Positions 40,076-49,869 of a DNA stretch of 64,000 bases are shown here, piece by piece. The first letter of the stretch is position 1. Each line of letters starts with the position of its first letter. Under the pieces are notes generated by a model that was given only the letters and a program-made list of their open reading frames with translations, was not told the origin of the DNA and ran no database searches. This DNA comes from an uncultured Muribaculaceae bacterium. GTDB lineage: Bacteria > Bacillota_I > Bacilli_A > RF39 > UBA660. Made by a program: the position numbers and the translations under genes. The stretch lies in contig CAYZRY010000001.1 of the NCBI GenBank assembly GCA_964481005.1, forward strand, positions 6,446 to 70,445, given 5' to 3'.

Positions 40076-41221
40076 ATGGAACATACAATAGATGAGAAAA
40101 ACGAAATAATTATGAAGATGCTTCATTATTTTATCGTTGAGAAAAATTACAACCCAATTATTCTTCAGGGAGCAGAAAATGAGATTTGGCTTGAGAATCT
40201 TGAAAGTGATGATTACAAGATAGTTAGAATAGTTTCAAATCGCATTATCAATGAAGAACAATTCTCTTATGACCTATTTAAAACAAAGAGAGTAGTATCT
40301 AAGATTAAAAAGAAAACCTTTACTTTAAAAATGCCAGTTCTAAGTATCTTTACTGATTTAGATAAAAAAGTTAGTGTCCCTGAGCAAAAGAATATATCTT
40401 TTGTTACATTGGAAAAAGATGGAGATGTGGCAACTAATTTAGTCTTAAATGAAAAGTTTCCCGATATGAAAAAGAAACTTAAATTTACTGAAGAGGGGAT
40501 GCAATTATTTATGAAGATTACTGCCGATATAAATCGTAAGAATAAAAATGATGCTGATCGCGTCAATAATGTTTTTAAAGAAAAACCAGCAATTGTTACA
40601 AAAATAATTATGACTATCAACATTGCTTTGTTTATTCTTTTTGCCGTATCTAGTTATGATATGGTATCTAGTATGGGAGTTAACAGTTTAGCTGTTATTA
40701 ATGGTAAAGAGTATTACCGATTATTTACATCGATGTTTGCTCATGTCAATTTAGTTCATTTGATTGTCAATATGTATTCACTACATATAATTGGTACACA
40801 GATTGAAAGTTACATGGGTAAAACTAGATATATTGTCATATATCTCTTTAGTGGCTTTTTAGGAAGTTTGTTATCAATTGCCCTAAACGATACTAATGTT
40901 ATTAGTGCTGGAGCTAGTGGTGCACTATTTGGACTAATGGGATCACTGTTATATTTTGGTTATCATTACCGTGTTTATTTAAGTGGCGCACTAAAGAGTC
41001 AAATTATTCCGCTTATCGTCGTTAACTTAATGTTTGGATTCATGGTCCCAGGTATAGATAACTTTGCTCATATCGGTGGATTAATTGGTGGGATTACCGC
41101 GACAATGGCCGTCGGAGTTAAGTATAAAAGCAGTACTATAGAAAAGATAAATGGCTTTATAATATCATTCATTTTAAGTGCTTTCTTCATCTATTTAGCA
41201 GCGATGAAGGTAAGTAGTTAA
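40076..41221 (+). CDS. Rhomboid-family intramembrane serine protease with N-terminal cytoplasmic domain
   Basis: GASGALFGLMG (catalytic Ser) and AHIGGLIGG (catalytic His) in the C-terminal 6-TM core. Confidence 0.85.
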   Translation: MEHTIDEKNEIIMKMLHYFIVEKNYNPIILQGAENEIWLENLESDDYKIVRIVSNRIINEEQFSYDLFKTKRVVSKIKKKTFTLKMPVLSIFTDLDKKVSVPEQKNISFVTLEKDGDVATNLVLNEKFPDMKKKLKFTEEGMQLFMKITADINRKNKNDADRVNNVFKEKPAIVTKIIMTINIALFILFAVSSYDMVSSMGVNSLAVINGKEYYRLFTSMFAHVNLVHLIVNMYSLHIIGTQIESYMGKTRYIVIYLFSGFLGSLLSIALNDTNVISAGASGALFGLMGSLLYFGYHYRVYLSGALKSQIIPLIVVNLMFGFMVPGIDNFAHIGGLIGGITATMAVGVKYKSSTIEKINGFIISFILSAFFIYLAAMKVSS

Positions 41222-41266
41222 TTCTTGATTATAAATATAATAAGTGTTAAAATTGACCTAAGGTAG

Positions 41267-41524
41267 GTGATTGATGTGATTGACGCAACCAGTGTATATA
41301 ATGTTGATGAATTTGAAAGAGAGCGAATCAAGAATGTTCTTGAGGAAGTTTTTTACATTCTCGAAGAACGCGGTTATAATCCGATGAATCAGCTGATAGG
41401 TTATCTCACAAGTGGAGATCCTGGCTATATTTCATCACATCGCGATGCCCGTAAAAAGATTACTTCGATTGAAAGAACTAAGATTCTTGAAGTTATGCTC
41501 CTAGAGTGTGCAAGAAAGAAATAA
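41267..41524 (+). CDS. IreB-family regulatory phosphoprotein (UPF0297)
   Basis: 85 aa, ...EERGYNPMNQLIGYLTSGDPGYISSHRDAR. Conserved position upstream of ruvX. Confidence 0.7.
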   Translation: MIDVIDATSVYNVDEFERERIKNVLEEVFYILEERGYNPMNQLIGYLTSGDPGYISSHRDARKKITSIERTKILEVMLLECARKK

Positions 41525-41934
41525 TGAAGTATTTAGGATTAGATTTAGGAAGTAAAACCTTGGGTATTGCAACTTCCGATGCTTTAGGAATGATTGCAAG
41601 TAGCAATGGAACTTTAAGACACGATGGCAACTACGATAAGTTAATTGATGAAATTGCTATCATAGTCAAAGAAAAGAAAATTGATGAAATAGTCTTGGGT
41701 TTACCTAAGAATATGGATGGAAGTCTAGGAGAAAAGGCTCTTTTATCTCAGGACTTTGCTAAAAAAATAGAAGATAGATTATCGCTTAAAGTACACCTTA
41801 TCGATGAACGTTTATCGACAAGAGAAGCTCAGCGCATGTTAATTGCAGGTGATGCTTCCAGAGCTAAACGTAAACAGGTAATCGACGGAGTGGCTGCGAC
41901 GATAATATTACAGTCATATTTAGATAGAAAATAA
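41524..41934 (+). CDS. ruvX: Holliday junction resolvase-like nuclease RuvX/YqgF
   Basis: MKYLGLDLGSKTLGIA N-terminus (RNase H fold). ATG overlaps the ireB stop. Confidence 0.85.
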   Translation: MKYLGLDLGSKTLGIATSDALGMIASSNGTLRHDGNYDKLIDEIAIIVKEKKIDEIVLGLPKNMDGSLGEKALLSQDFAKKIEDRLSLKVHLIDERLSTREAQRMLIAGDASRAKRKQVIDGVAATIILQSYLDRK

Positions 41935-41943
41935 GGAGAAAAT

Positions 41944-42249
41944 ATGGAAAACAACACATTTAAAGTAATTAATGAAGATGGTAGAGAAATAGTCTGTGAC
42001 ATTTTATTTACTTTCGACTCAGAAGAAACTAATAAGAGTTATATGGTATATACGGATAATAGTAAGGATGAGCAGGGGAATATCCAAGTTTTTGCTTCGA
42101 CTTATGACCCAGCCCAAGATCCTACTAAGGGTGTAACTAGATTAGAGCCAATTGAATCTGAAAGAGAATGGAAGATAATTGATTCAATTCTTGGAGCACT
42201 TCAAGAAAAAATTAGAGAAACAGTAAGCGCAGCTGGAGAAACTGAGTAG
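41944..42249 (+). CDS. DUF1292-family small protein
   Basis: Conserved ruvX-downstream position. Acidic 101-aa protein. Confidence 0.65.
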   Translation: MENNTFKVINEDGREIVCDILFTFDSEETNKSYMVYTDNSKDEQGNIQVFASTYDPAQDPTKGVTRLEPIESEREWKIIDSILGALQEKIRETVSAAGETE

Positions 42250-42256
42250 TATTTAT

Positions 42257-43336
42257 ATGAAACTATTACGCAATGTCATCATTGTTTTTTTCTTTGTGAT
42301 GCTAGCAGCCGTCTTGGTGCTCGGCATTTTTTGGCGTTATAATGTTTCAGCCGTAGATAAAAAGAATGATAGTATAATAAAAGTCGTTATTCCAAGTGGA
42401 AGTACCAGTAAATCAGTAGCTAAAATACTAAAAGAAAAGAAACTAGTTAAAAGTGATCAGTTTGTCTATGTTTATTTAAGACTTATGAAGATAAACGATA
42501 TCAAAGCTAGTACTTATGAACTTCGTCAAAATATGTCACTTGAAGACTTGATAGAAGAACTTCGTAAAGGTAATTCATACAACAAAGATCAAATAGAGAT
42601 AACCTTTAAAGAAGGTTTAAACATCAAACAAGTTGCTGATATCATTGCCTCACATACTAATAATACTACTGACGATGTATACAACTTACTAAAGAATCAA
42701 GAATATCTAGAAAGTCTAATTGCTAAGTATTGGTTCATTGGTGAAGATATAAAAAATCCTTATATTTTCTATTCGTTAGAGGGTTATCTTTATCCTAATA
42801 CTTATTTCTTTAAAAATGCTGAGGTAACAGTCGAAGATATATTTAAAGAAATGCTTGGGGCTATGGAGAAAACATTAAACAAATATAAAACTGTTTTAAA
42901 TGAAGATCCTAAATTAGTTCATCGCACACTTACACTTGCATCAATAGTCGAGTTAGAGGGTGTTCGTCAAACTGATAGACAGTTAATCGCTGGGGTTTTT
43001 GAAAATAGATTAACTAAGAAAATGTCTCTTGGTAGTGATGTCACTACTTACTATGGAGCTCGCTTAGAAATGTCAGAGCGCGATCTAACTATTCATGAAA
43101 TAAACGGTGTTAACATGTATAACACTAGACCAGCTTCGATGGCTGGAAAATTGCCAGTTGGACCTGTTGCTAATCCTTCGCTTTCGGCAATCGATGCAAC
43201 TCTAAATCCAACGACAAGTGATTATTTATACTTTGTAGCAGATAAATACAGACGAGTATTCTTCACTAAAACATATGAAGAACATCTAGCTAAAGTAGCC
43301 GATATCAAGGCTAAAGGAGAATGGATACAATGGTAG
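42257..43336 (+). CDS. mltG: Endolytic murein transglycosylase MltG (YceG-like)
   Basis: N-terminal TM. YceG domain (LTLASIVELEG, SDYLYFVA). Confidence 0.85.
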   Translation: MKLLRNVIIVFFFVMLAAVLVLGIFWRYNVSAVDKKNDSIIKVVIPSGSTSKSVAKILKEKKLVKSDQFVYVYLRLMKINDIKASTYELRQNMSLEDLIEELRKGNSYNKDQIEITFKEGLNIKQVADIIASHTNNTTDDVYNLLKNQEYLESLIAKYWFIGEDIKNPYIFYSLEGYLYPNTYFFKNAEVTVEDIFKEMLGAMEKTLNKYKTVLNEDPKLVHRTLTLASIVELEGVRQTDRQLIAGVFENRLTKKMSLGSDVTTYYGARLEMSERDLTIHEINGVNMYNTRPASMAGKLPVGPVANPSLSAIDATLNPTTSDYLYFVADKYRRVFFTKTYEEHLAKVADIKAKGEWIQW

Positions 43337-43932
43337 AACAAAGTTATTCAATGATTAAAGAACTTAAAAACTATGCTCGAGAAGAAAATGTTCCAATCAT
43401 GAACGATGATGGAATAAATTATTTGACTAACTTTGTCATCAAGCATAAAGTGCAAAATGTCCTAGAAGTGGGAACCGCTATTGGTTATTCAGCCATCATG
43501 ATGGCTCTGGCTAATCCGAGCCTTAAGATTGTCAGTATCGAAAGAGATGAACATCGCTATTTAGAAGCAGTTAAAAATATTAAAAAATTTGACTTGGAAG
43601 AGAGAATAACACTAGTCTTTAGCGATGCCTTAACAACTGGTATAAAAGATAAATTTGATTTAATTTTTATCGATGCAGCCAAAGGACAAAACAAGAATAT
43701 CTTCAACTATTTTGAAAACAATCTTGAAAATGATGGATATATCATTACCGATAACATGAATTTTCACGGTTATGTCGATATGCCAGAAGAAGATATTGAA
43801 AACAAAAACCTACGTTCACTAGTTACTAAAATAAAAGCTTATCGAACTTTTTTAGAAGAACACGAAAACTTTTCAACTGATTTTGTTGAAGTAGGTGACG
43901 GTCTAGCTGTCAGTACTAAGAAAGAGGTATAA
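43321..43932 (+). CDS. Class I SAM-dependent O-methyltransferase (YrrM-like)
   Basis: VLEVGTAIGYSAI SAM fold. Position after mltG as in Bacillus yrrL-yrrM. Confidence 0.75.
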   Translation: MDTMVEQSYSMIKELKNYAREENVPIMNDDGINYLTNFVIKHKVQNVLEVGTAIGYSAIMMALANPSLKIVSIERDEHRYLEAVKNIKKFDLEERITLVFSDALTTGIKDKFDLIFIDAAKGQNKNIFNYFENNLENDGYIITDNMNFHGYVDMPEEDIENKNLRSLVTKIKAYRTFLEEHENFSTDFVEVGDGLAVSTKKEV

Positions 43933-43933
43933 G

Positions 43934-45274
43934 ATGGATACAAAAAAGAAAATACTATTAGTTAGTTTATTATTAATTATCGCTGTAGTCATCTTTTTTG
44001 TTTTTTTCTTTTCAGGAAGAAATTACAAAATAAAAAATGTTAGTACCTATACTGATAATTACAACATGACTATCTTTGCGCCAAATAAATTACCTAAATC
44101 GATCAGTAAAAAAGTTAAAGAAATGGTCTCTAAAGAAAAGAGAGATTTTTTTAGCGAGTTAAAAGATAAAAAAGATGATTTTCAATATGAATTACTGATT
44201 AACTATGAAACTAAAATACATGGTAAATATCACTTTGTAACATTTAATGTCTATAAATATGTAGGACAAAATCATGCTGATGAATATTACTATACATACT
44301 ACTATGACGATGATAAGGGCGAAGAGCTTGAAGCTGATTATTTCTTTAAAGAAGACTATTTGGAAGATTTATCTAGATTATCTAAGATATATCTTAGAAA
44401 TGAATTTAAAAAAGAAGGATCCGAAGTTTATGAAGAATTCTTAAATGATGGAACTAGTGAGAAAATAGAAAACTTTCAGCATTTCTATTTTGATGAAAAT
44501 GGTTTGAACATCATGTTTCCACCATATCAAGTAGCACCTTGGTCAGTTGGTAGTTCTGCTATTACCATCAGTAAAGAAGATATTCGAACATTTATAAGAA
44601 GTGACTTATACAAATTTAAAGAAGAAGATAACAGTGTTACTATCCCAAGAGTTCGTGATTTAAGTGCTTTTGCTGGTAAAAAAATGATTGCTATTACTTT
44701 TGATGATGGACCATCGAGAGATAGTTTAGACTTGCTTAACTATGCTAAAACTTCGGATGCTAGGTATACTTTCTTTTTACTAGGAGCCAGAGTAGCAGAG
44801 CATAGTAATGTATTAAAAAGACAGTATAGCGAAGGTCATCAAATATGTGGGCATTCTTATACTCATCGAAATTTTTTAAGATTATCACTTGATAATGTTA
44901 AAGATGAAATAGATAGAACTGGATATGCTGTCAAAAGAGAAATTGGTTTAATGCCAAACTGTTATAGACCTCCTTATGGATCAACTAACAATGATATTCG
45001 TCAAAAGACAGGTCTACATGAAATTATATGGAACGTCGATACGCTCGATTGGAAGCATCGCAATGAAGATGCAGTCTACAAAAACATCATAGCTGGTGCT
45101 GGAGACGGGAACATCATTTTATTACATGATATATATCCAACATCAGTAAGAGCAGCTATTAGGGCATCTAAATATCTAATTGATAATGGTTATGCCTTGC
45201 TAACAATAGATGAACTAGCTAGAGCTAAAGGAATAGAACTAAATAGTAATCAAAAATATTTTCAAATAAGATAG
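43934..45274 (+). CDS. PdaC-like membrane-anchored polysaccharide (peptidoglycan) deacetylase
   Basis: N-terminal TM. DUF3298/DUF4163-like middle region. NodB motifs IAITFDDGP and HSYTH. Confidence 0.75.
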   Translation: MDTKKKILLVSLLLIIAVVIFFVFFFSGRNYKIKNVSTYTDNYNMTIFAPNKLPKSISKKVKEMVSKEKRDFFSELKDKKDDFQYELLINYETKIHGKYHFVTFNVYKYVGQNHADEYYYTYYYDDDKGEELEADYFFKEDYLEDLSRLSKIYLRNEFKKEGSEVYEEFLNDGTSEKIENFQHFYFDENGLNIMFPPYQVAPWSVGSSAITISKEDIRTFIRSDLYKFKEEDNSVTIPRVRDLSAFAGKKMIAITFDDGPSRDSLDLLNYAKTSDARYTFFLLGARVAEHSNVLKRQYSEGHQICGHSYTHRNFLRLSLDNVKDEIDRTGYAVKREIGLMPNCYRPPYGSTNNDIRQKTGLHEIIWNVDTLDWKHRNEDAVYKNIIAGAGDGNIILLHDIYPTSVRAAIRASKYLIDNGYALLTIDELARAKGIELNSNQKYFQIR

Positions 45275-45324
45275 ACTATGTCTATTTTATTTATTGTAGT
45301 AAATAAGATATAATGTAAGAAGAG

Positions 45325-46176
45325 GTGGACATGAAGATAATTATTATTCCAGATAAATTAGAAGACTTAAACTTAAGTGACCATTATGATGCAATCATTG
45401 TTGGACTTGAGGGTTTTGCAGTACATAGCGGAATTAACTTAAATTTAGAAGAAATAAAAAAACTGATAAACAGTACTTCAAAAGAAGTTTTTATCAGTAT
45501 TAATAAAAATATTTTTAATAAAGAAATGGATGAGTTATTAGCTGCTTTAAAAGAGTTAGCTAAAACTAGTGTAAAAGCTATTTTATTCTATGATCAAGCT
45601 ATTATGCAATTAGTCAAAGAAAACGATATTAAGCTTGATTTAGTATGGAATCAAACACACATGGTAACTAACTATCAAACAGTTAATTACTATTTTGATA
45701 AAGGGGTTAAATATGCCTATTTATCAGCAGAGATAACTCTTGAGGAAATGCTTGAAATTAAGAGTAAAACAAAGAGTACTCTAATGGCAAATTTATATGG
45801 AAGAGCCATTATGTCATTTAGCCGAAGACATTTACTTGATAACTTTTATAAGAGTATTAACAAAGAAAAAGATCAAATTAGAACAGTTGTCAAAGATAAA
45901 GAAAAATCTTATCTTGTCGAAGACAAGCAAGAAGGAACAGTCTTTATGAGTGATAACTTTATCAATGGATCAGTTATTTTGGATACTGATATAGATTATG
46001 GAATTATTAGAAAAGACGGGTTAGATGATAGACAGTTTAAAAAGTTATTAGAACTAACTAAGAATTATTTAGAAGGAGATAAAACAGTTTTAGACGAAGT
46101 TGAAACACTAATTGGTAGCGATACTGGTTTCTACTTTAAGAAGACTATTTTCAAGGTAGGTAAAAATGCAAAATAG
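45325..46176 (+). CDS. U32-family peptidase-like protein (YrrN-like)
   Basis: Synteny with the following U32 gene. Weak family resemblance. Confidence 0.6.
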   Translation: MDMKIIIIPDKLEDLNLSDHYDAIIVGLEGFAVHSGINLNLEEIKKLINSTSKEVFISINKNIFNKEMDELLAALKELAKTSVKAILFYDQAIMQLVKENDIKLDLVWNQTHMVTNYQTVNYYFDKGVKYAYLSAEITLEEMLEIKSKTKSTLMANLYGRAIMSFSRRHLLDNFYKSINKEKDQIRTVVKDKEKSYLVEDKQEGTVFMSDNFINGSVILDTDIDYGIIRKDGLDDRQFKKLLELTKNYLEGDKTVLDEVETLIGSDTGFYFKKTIFKVGKNAK

Positions 46177-47356
46177 AATAGAATTATTATCTCCGGCTGG
46201 AGATTTAGAAAGATTGAAAGTTACTCTTTTATATGGAGCAGATGCTGTCTATATAGGGGGTAGAGAATATGGACTTAGGGCCAATGCTCAAAACTTTTCA
46301 CTCGAAGAAATAAAAGAGGGGTGTGATTTTGCACATGCCCTAGGAAAGAAAGTTTATCTGACCCTTAACATCGTTTTTCACAATGAAGATTTAGATGGAG
46401 TAGACGAGTATATTAAAGAAGTTTACGAAGCTGGAATAGATGCTTTTATTGTCAGTGATCCATTTATTATTAGTCATATTAAAAGTAAATATGATGTCGA
46501 AGTTCATACATCGACGCAGAACTCTACTTCAAACTATCAAGCTGTCAATTATTTAAAGAGTGAAGGAATAGACAGAGTAGTTTTAGCTAGAGAGTTATCA
46601 CTTAATGAAATAAAAGAGATAATTGATAAAACCGGAGTGGATATCGAGGTTTTTATTCACGGAGCAATGTGTACTTTCTACAGTGGGAGATGTTGTCTTT
46701 CCAACTATTTTACTAATCGTGATGCTAACCGTGGGGGATGTGCTCAAATATGTCGTTTTGCATTTGATGCCGATGAAGAAAAAAGTTTTACAATGGCAAC
46801 AAATGACTTAAACTTAAGCAGGCAGATAGCTAGTTTAATTGAGATAGGTGTTAAAAGCTTAAAAGTCGAAGGAAGAATGAGATCGCTATATTACTTAGCA
46901 ACAGTTATCGGTTCTTATCGCAAGATAATCGATAGCTACTATGATGGTAATTTAGACGAAGAAATTCTAGCAGCCGAAGAAAAAAGACTATCGAGTGTAG
47001 CTAATCGCACAACTAGTACCCATTATCTTGAAAAAGAAGCAGATGAGAGTGATCAGTATTATTCGGGAAGACAAGAGATGTCTAACCAGGAGTATTTAGG
47101 ACTAATTTTATCCCAAGAAAATGACCTAATAAAACTTACTCAACGTAATTATTTTGGAACTGGTGATAAAGTAGAAATATTTACTCCAGAGGGAAAAAAT
47201 TATAGATTTATCGTCAAAGAGTTGTATAATGAAAATATGGAAACTATCGATGTTGCAAGACATCCAGAAGAGATAGTTTACATTCGTGAGGAGTTGCCAT
47301 TTAAGGTTGGTGATTACTCGATGATGAGAAAGGTAAATGATGATAGAGAGAATTAG
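46166..47356 (+). CDS. Peptidase U32 (collagenase-like, YrrO/PrtC-like)
   Basis: U32 signature region with Cys-rich HGAMCTFYSGRCCLSNY and EGRMRS. Confidence 0.8.
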   Translation: MQNRIELLSPAGDLERLKVTLLYGADAVYIGGREYGLRANAQNFSLEEIKEGCDFAHALGKKVYLTLNIVFHNEDLDGVDEYIKEVYEAGIDAFIVSDPFIISHIKSKYDVEVHTSTQNSTSNYQAVNYLKSEGIDRVVLARELSLNEIKEIIDKTGVDIEVFIHGAMCTFYSGRCCLSNYFTNRDANRGGCAQICRFAFDADEEKSFTMATNDLNLSRQIASLIEIGVKSLKVEGRMRSLYYLATVIGSYRKIIDSYYDGNLDEEILAAEEKRLSSVANRTTSTHYLEKEADESDQYYSGRQEMSNQEYLGLILSQENDLIKLTQRNYFGTGDKVEIFTPEGKNYRFIVKELYNENMETIDVARHPEEIVYIREELPFKVGDYSMMRKVNDDREN

Positions 47357-48476
47357 TAACGACGTTTTAGAGCGTGAAAAACATCTCAGTAAATATGCTT
47401 GTAAAAGCCAGGACGTAATTAGACTTAAGGAAGAAAAGGAAGATATGCGTCCGGCTTTTTTTCATGATGCAGACAGGATAATTTATTCACTTTCTTACAG
47501 TCGATATATTGATAAGACTCAAGTCTTTTCATATGAACACAATGACCATGTCAGTCATCGTATGATCCATGTTCAGTTTGTCAGTAAAATAGCTAGAACA
47601 ATTGGAAGGATGTTATCACTTAATGAAGACTTGATCGAAGCTGCGGCTCTAGGACATGATCTTGGGCATACACCGCTTGGTCATCTAGGGGAAAAAGTTT
47701 TAAATAAGATTTCCCAAAAAGAATTAGGACAGAACTTTTTACATAATATTCAAAGTCTTAGAGTAATGATGGTTCTTGATAAAAATGGTGAGGGAAGTAA
47801 TATCTCGGTCCAGGTTATGGATGCTATTATGTGTCACAATGGTGAGATAATTGACAATATCTATAGACCAGTAAAAAAGACGAAAGAAGATTTTCTAAAA
47901 GAATATGAAGGAAGCTACTATAACAGTCAAATAGCTAAGACGCAGCACCCAATGACTCTCGAAGGTTGCGTGGTGCGCATTGCCGATGTTATCGGTTATA
48001 TTGGCAGAGATATCGAAGATGCTATTCAAGTTGGAATATTAAAGCGTGAAGATTTACCTAAACAAATAACCGATGTCCTAGGTGATACTAACAGTAAAAT
48101 AGTTAACACAATTGTTACCGATATCATTGAAAACAGTTACGGTAAAAACTATATTGCGATGAGTGAAAAAGTTTTTAAAGCCTTAGATGAGCTAAAGAAC
48201 TTTAATTATAAACACATCTATGAAAAAGCCAACAGCGCCGAAGATTTAGAAAAGTATGAAAAACAAATAACTTATCTATACTACAAATATCTAGAAGATT
48301 TAGAAAGTAAAAATTATGATAGTTTCATTTACAGAAACTTTGTCAAGCATATGAACGAAGACTATAAAAATAATAATCCAAATGCTAGAATTATCTTAGA
48401 TTTCATCTCGGGTATGACTGATGATTATTTGCTTACCCAATATGAGTATGAACAAAAGAGGGAAAATAAAAAGTAA
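47337..48476 (+). CDS. HD-domain dNTP triphosphohydrolase (dGTPase-like)
   Basis: HSLRVM... HD motifs (HRMIHVQFV, LGHDLGHTPLGH). Confidence 0.8.
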   Translation: MMIERISNDVLEREKHLSKYACKSQDVIRLKEEKEDMRPAFFHDADRIIYSLSYSRYIDKTQVFSYEHNDHVSHRMIHVQFVSKIARTIGRMLSLNEDLIEAAALGHDLGHTPLGHLGEKVLNKISQKELGQNFLHNIQSLRVMMVLDKNGEGSNISVQVMDAIMCHNGEIIDNIYRPVKKTKEDFLKEYEGSYYNSQIAKTQHPMTLEGCVVRIADVIGYIGRDIEDAIQVGILKREDLPKQITDVLGDTNSKIVNTIVTDIIENSYGKNYIAMSEKVFKALDELKNFNYKHIYEKANSAEDLEKYEKQITYLYYKYLEDLESKNYDSFIYRNFVKHMNEDYKNNNPNARIILDFISGMTDDYLLTQYEYEQKRENKK

Positions 48477-49095
48477 AAAAGGTTTTACATTAATTGAATT
48501 ACTTGCTGTTATTATAATTTTAGGATTGTTACTAGTCATAGCTGTGCCTGCTGTTACTAAATACATTGAAAAATCGAGAAAGAACTCTTACAAAGCAACT
48601 GTTTCAGCTTATGCTGGTGGTCTAATGAATGAGATCAGCAGTGGCAATCTGCCATCGATGACTGATGAAGATACAATCTATTACATTCCATTTAAGTGTA
48701 TTAATCTTGAAAAGGGTGGTACGACGATGTATGGAACTGGTGATTGGGACTTTGCCTATGTACTTATGACTATTACTAATGGTCAACGAAATTATTCGAT
48801 TTATTTGAAAGATAGCAAAGGTATGGGAATAGTTGGAATCGATGTCGATAAAATAAAACAAAGTGATATTTACAGCATCTGGTATAAGTCAACCGACTAT
48901 ATACCAGTTGATGGAAAAACTAAGATCAAATTAGTTGACGATGCTTGTAACTTTGCTGGAATGACTAAAATTGATAGTAGGGCTTTTGGCTACAATCAGA
49001 TAAATGATATATATATTCCAAATACAGTAACAAATATTAGTTCAGCAATACTTAATCAAAATGTTGGTAGTTCTAGAATACATATGCAAGGTTGA
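48448..49095 (+). CDS. Type IV prepilin-like protein with C-terminal BspA-type leucine-rich-repeat fragment (215 aa)
   Basis: Signal MNKRGKIKSKKG|FTLIELLAVIIILGLLLVIAVPAV (G-1, F+1, E+5). C-terminal FAGMTKIDSRAFGYNQINDIYIPNTVTNISSAIL resembles an LRR_5/BspA repeat. 5' end overlaps the upstream gene by 29 nt. Confidence 0.6.
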   Translation: MNKRGKIKSKKGFTLIELLAVIIILGLLLVIAVPAVTKYIEKSRKNSYKATVSAYAGGLMNEISSGNLPSMTDEDTIYYIPFKCINLEKGGTTMYGTGDWDFAYVLMTITNGQRNYSIYLKDSKGMGIVGIDVDKIKQSDIYSIWYKSTDYIPVDGKTKIKLVDDACNFAGMTKIDSRAFGYNQINDIYIPNTVTNISSAILNQNVGSSRIHMQG

Positions 49096-49237
49096 AGTGA
49101 TACAACAGGTATGACATTGACCAGTAACTGGCATTCTTTAATGGATGGATATTCTTGGCCACAAGCTGTGGTGCTATTTGAACCATAATCAAATAAATAA
49201 TGAATAATTGATGGGTTTTCCTGTCAATTATTTTTGG

Positions 49238-49266
49238 TTGACAAATAGAATAAATCATGGTATCAT
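49238..49266 (+). promoter_or_regulatory. Sigma-A promoter for greA
   Basis: TTGACA, 17-nt spacer, TGgTATCAT (extended -10). Confidence 0.6.
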
Positions 49267-49297
49267 TTAATACGATTATTAAAAGAGGTACATAAAA

Positions 49298-49765
49298 ATG
49301 AGTGATAAGAAAGTCTATTTGACACAAGAGGGCTTTGATGAACTAAAAGCTGAACTTGATGAACTTATAAACGTTCAACGCCCAGAAAATATAGAAGCTA
49401 TCAAAGAAGCTAGAGCATTAGGAGATCTTTCTGAGAATGCTGATTACGATGCAGCTAAGAACGATCAAGCAGTTATTGAAGCTAAAATTAAGAAGATTGA
49501 AAAGATGCTTGAAAACGTCGAAATTATCAAGGAAAAGTCTACTGGTAAAGTAGGTCTTGGTAATACTGTTGAAATCATTTATGTTGATGATAAAGACAAA
49601 GACGTATATAAAATAGTTGGAAGTCAGGAAGCTGACCCTTTCATGAGTAAAATATCAAATGAGAGTCCAATTGCTTTGGCAATCATCAATAAAAAAGTTG
49701 GAGATATTGTCGAGGTTGACAGTCCAAATGGAAAGTATAAAATACAGATAACAGAAATAAAATAG
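49298..49765 (+). CDS. greA: Transcription elongation factor GreA
   Basis: N-terminal coiled coil with acidic tip (LTQEGFDELKAELDEL...DLSENADY). FKBP-like C-terminus. Confidence 0.9.
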   Translation: MSDKKVYLTQEGFDELKAELDELINVQRPENIEAIKEARALGDLSENADYDAAKNDQAVIEAKIKKIEKMLENVEIIKEKSTGKVGLGNTVEIIYVDDKDKDVYKIVGSQEADPFMSKISNESPIALAIINKKVGDIVEVDSPNGKYKIQITEIK

Positions 49766-49786
49766 AGAAATCTATTTTATTTTTTA
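49759..49786 (+). terminator. Rho-independent terminator after greA
   Basis: AAAATAGA-gaaa-TCTATTTT followed by aTTTTTT. Confidence 0.6.
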
Positions 49787-49820
49787 GGAAAAAGTTAAAA
49801 AATTTGCTAAGATGATAATG

Positions 49821-49849
49821 TTGACAATTTAATTTATAACTTGTATAAG
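49821..49849 (+). promoter_or_regulatory. Sigma-A promoter for topA
   Basis: TTGACA, 17-nt spacer, TATAAG. Confidence 0.5.
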
Positions 49850-49869
49850 TAAAGAAAGATGGTGAAATT

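Noticed and set aside
49093-49095. Hypothesis that TGA encodes Trp (genetic code 4) given Mollicute-like composition
   Set aside because: TGA terminates several well-defined genes at conserved C-termini (the ABC exporter at 6449 and the M16 subunit at 14238). Long conserved proteins (PolC, FtsZ, TopA) contain no in-frame TGA. Code 11 applies.
49073-49327. 84-aa minus-strand ORF between the pilin-like gene and greA
   Set aside because: It overlaps the greA promoter and start on the opposite strand. It is AT-rich and low complexity, so likely spurious.
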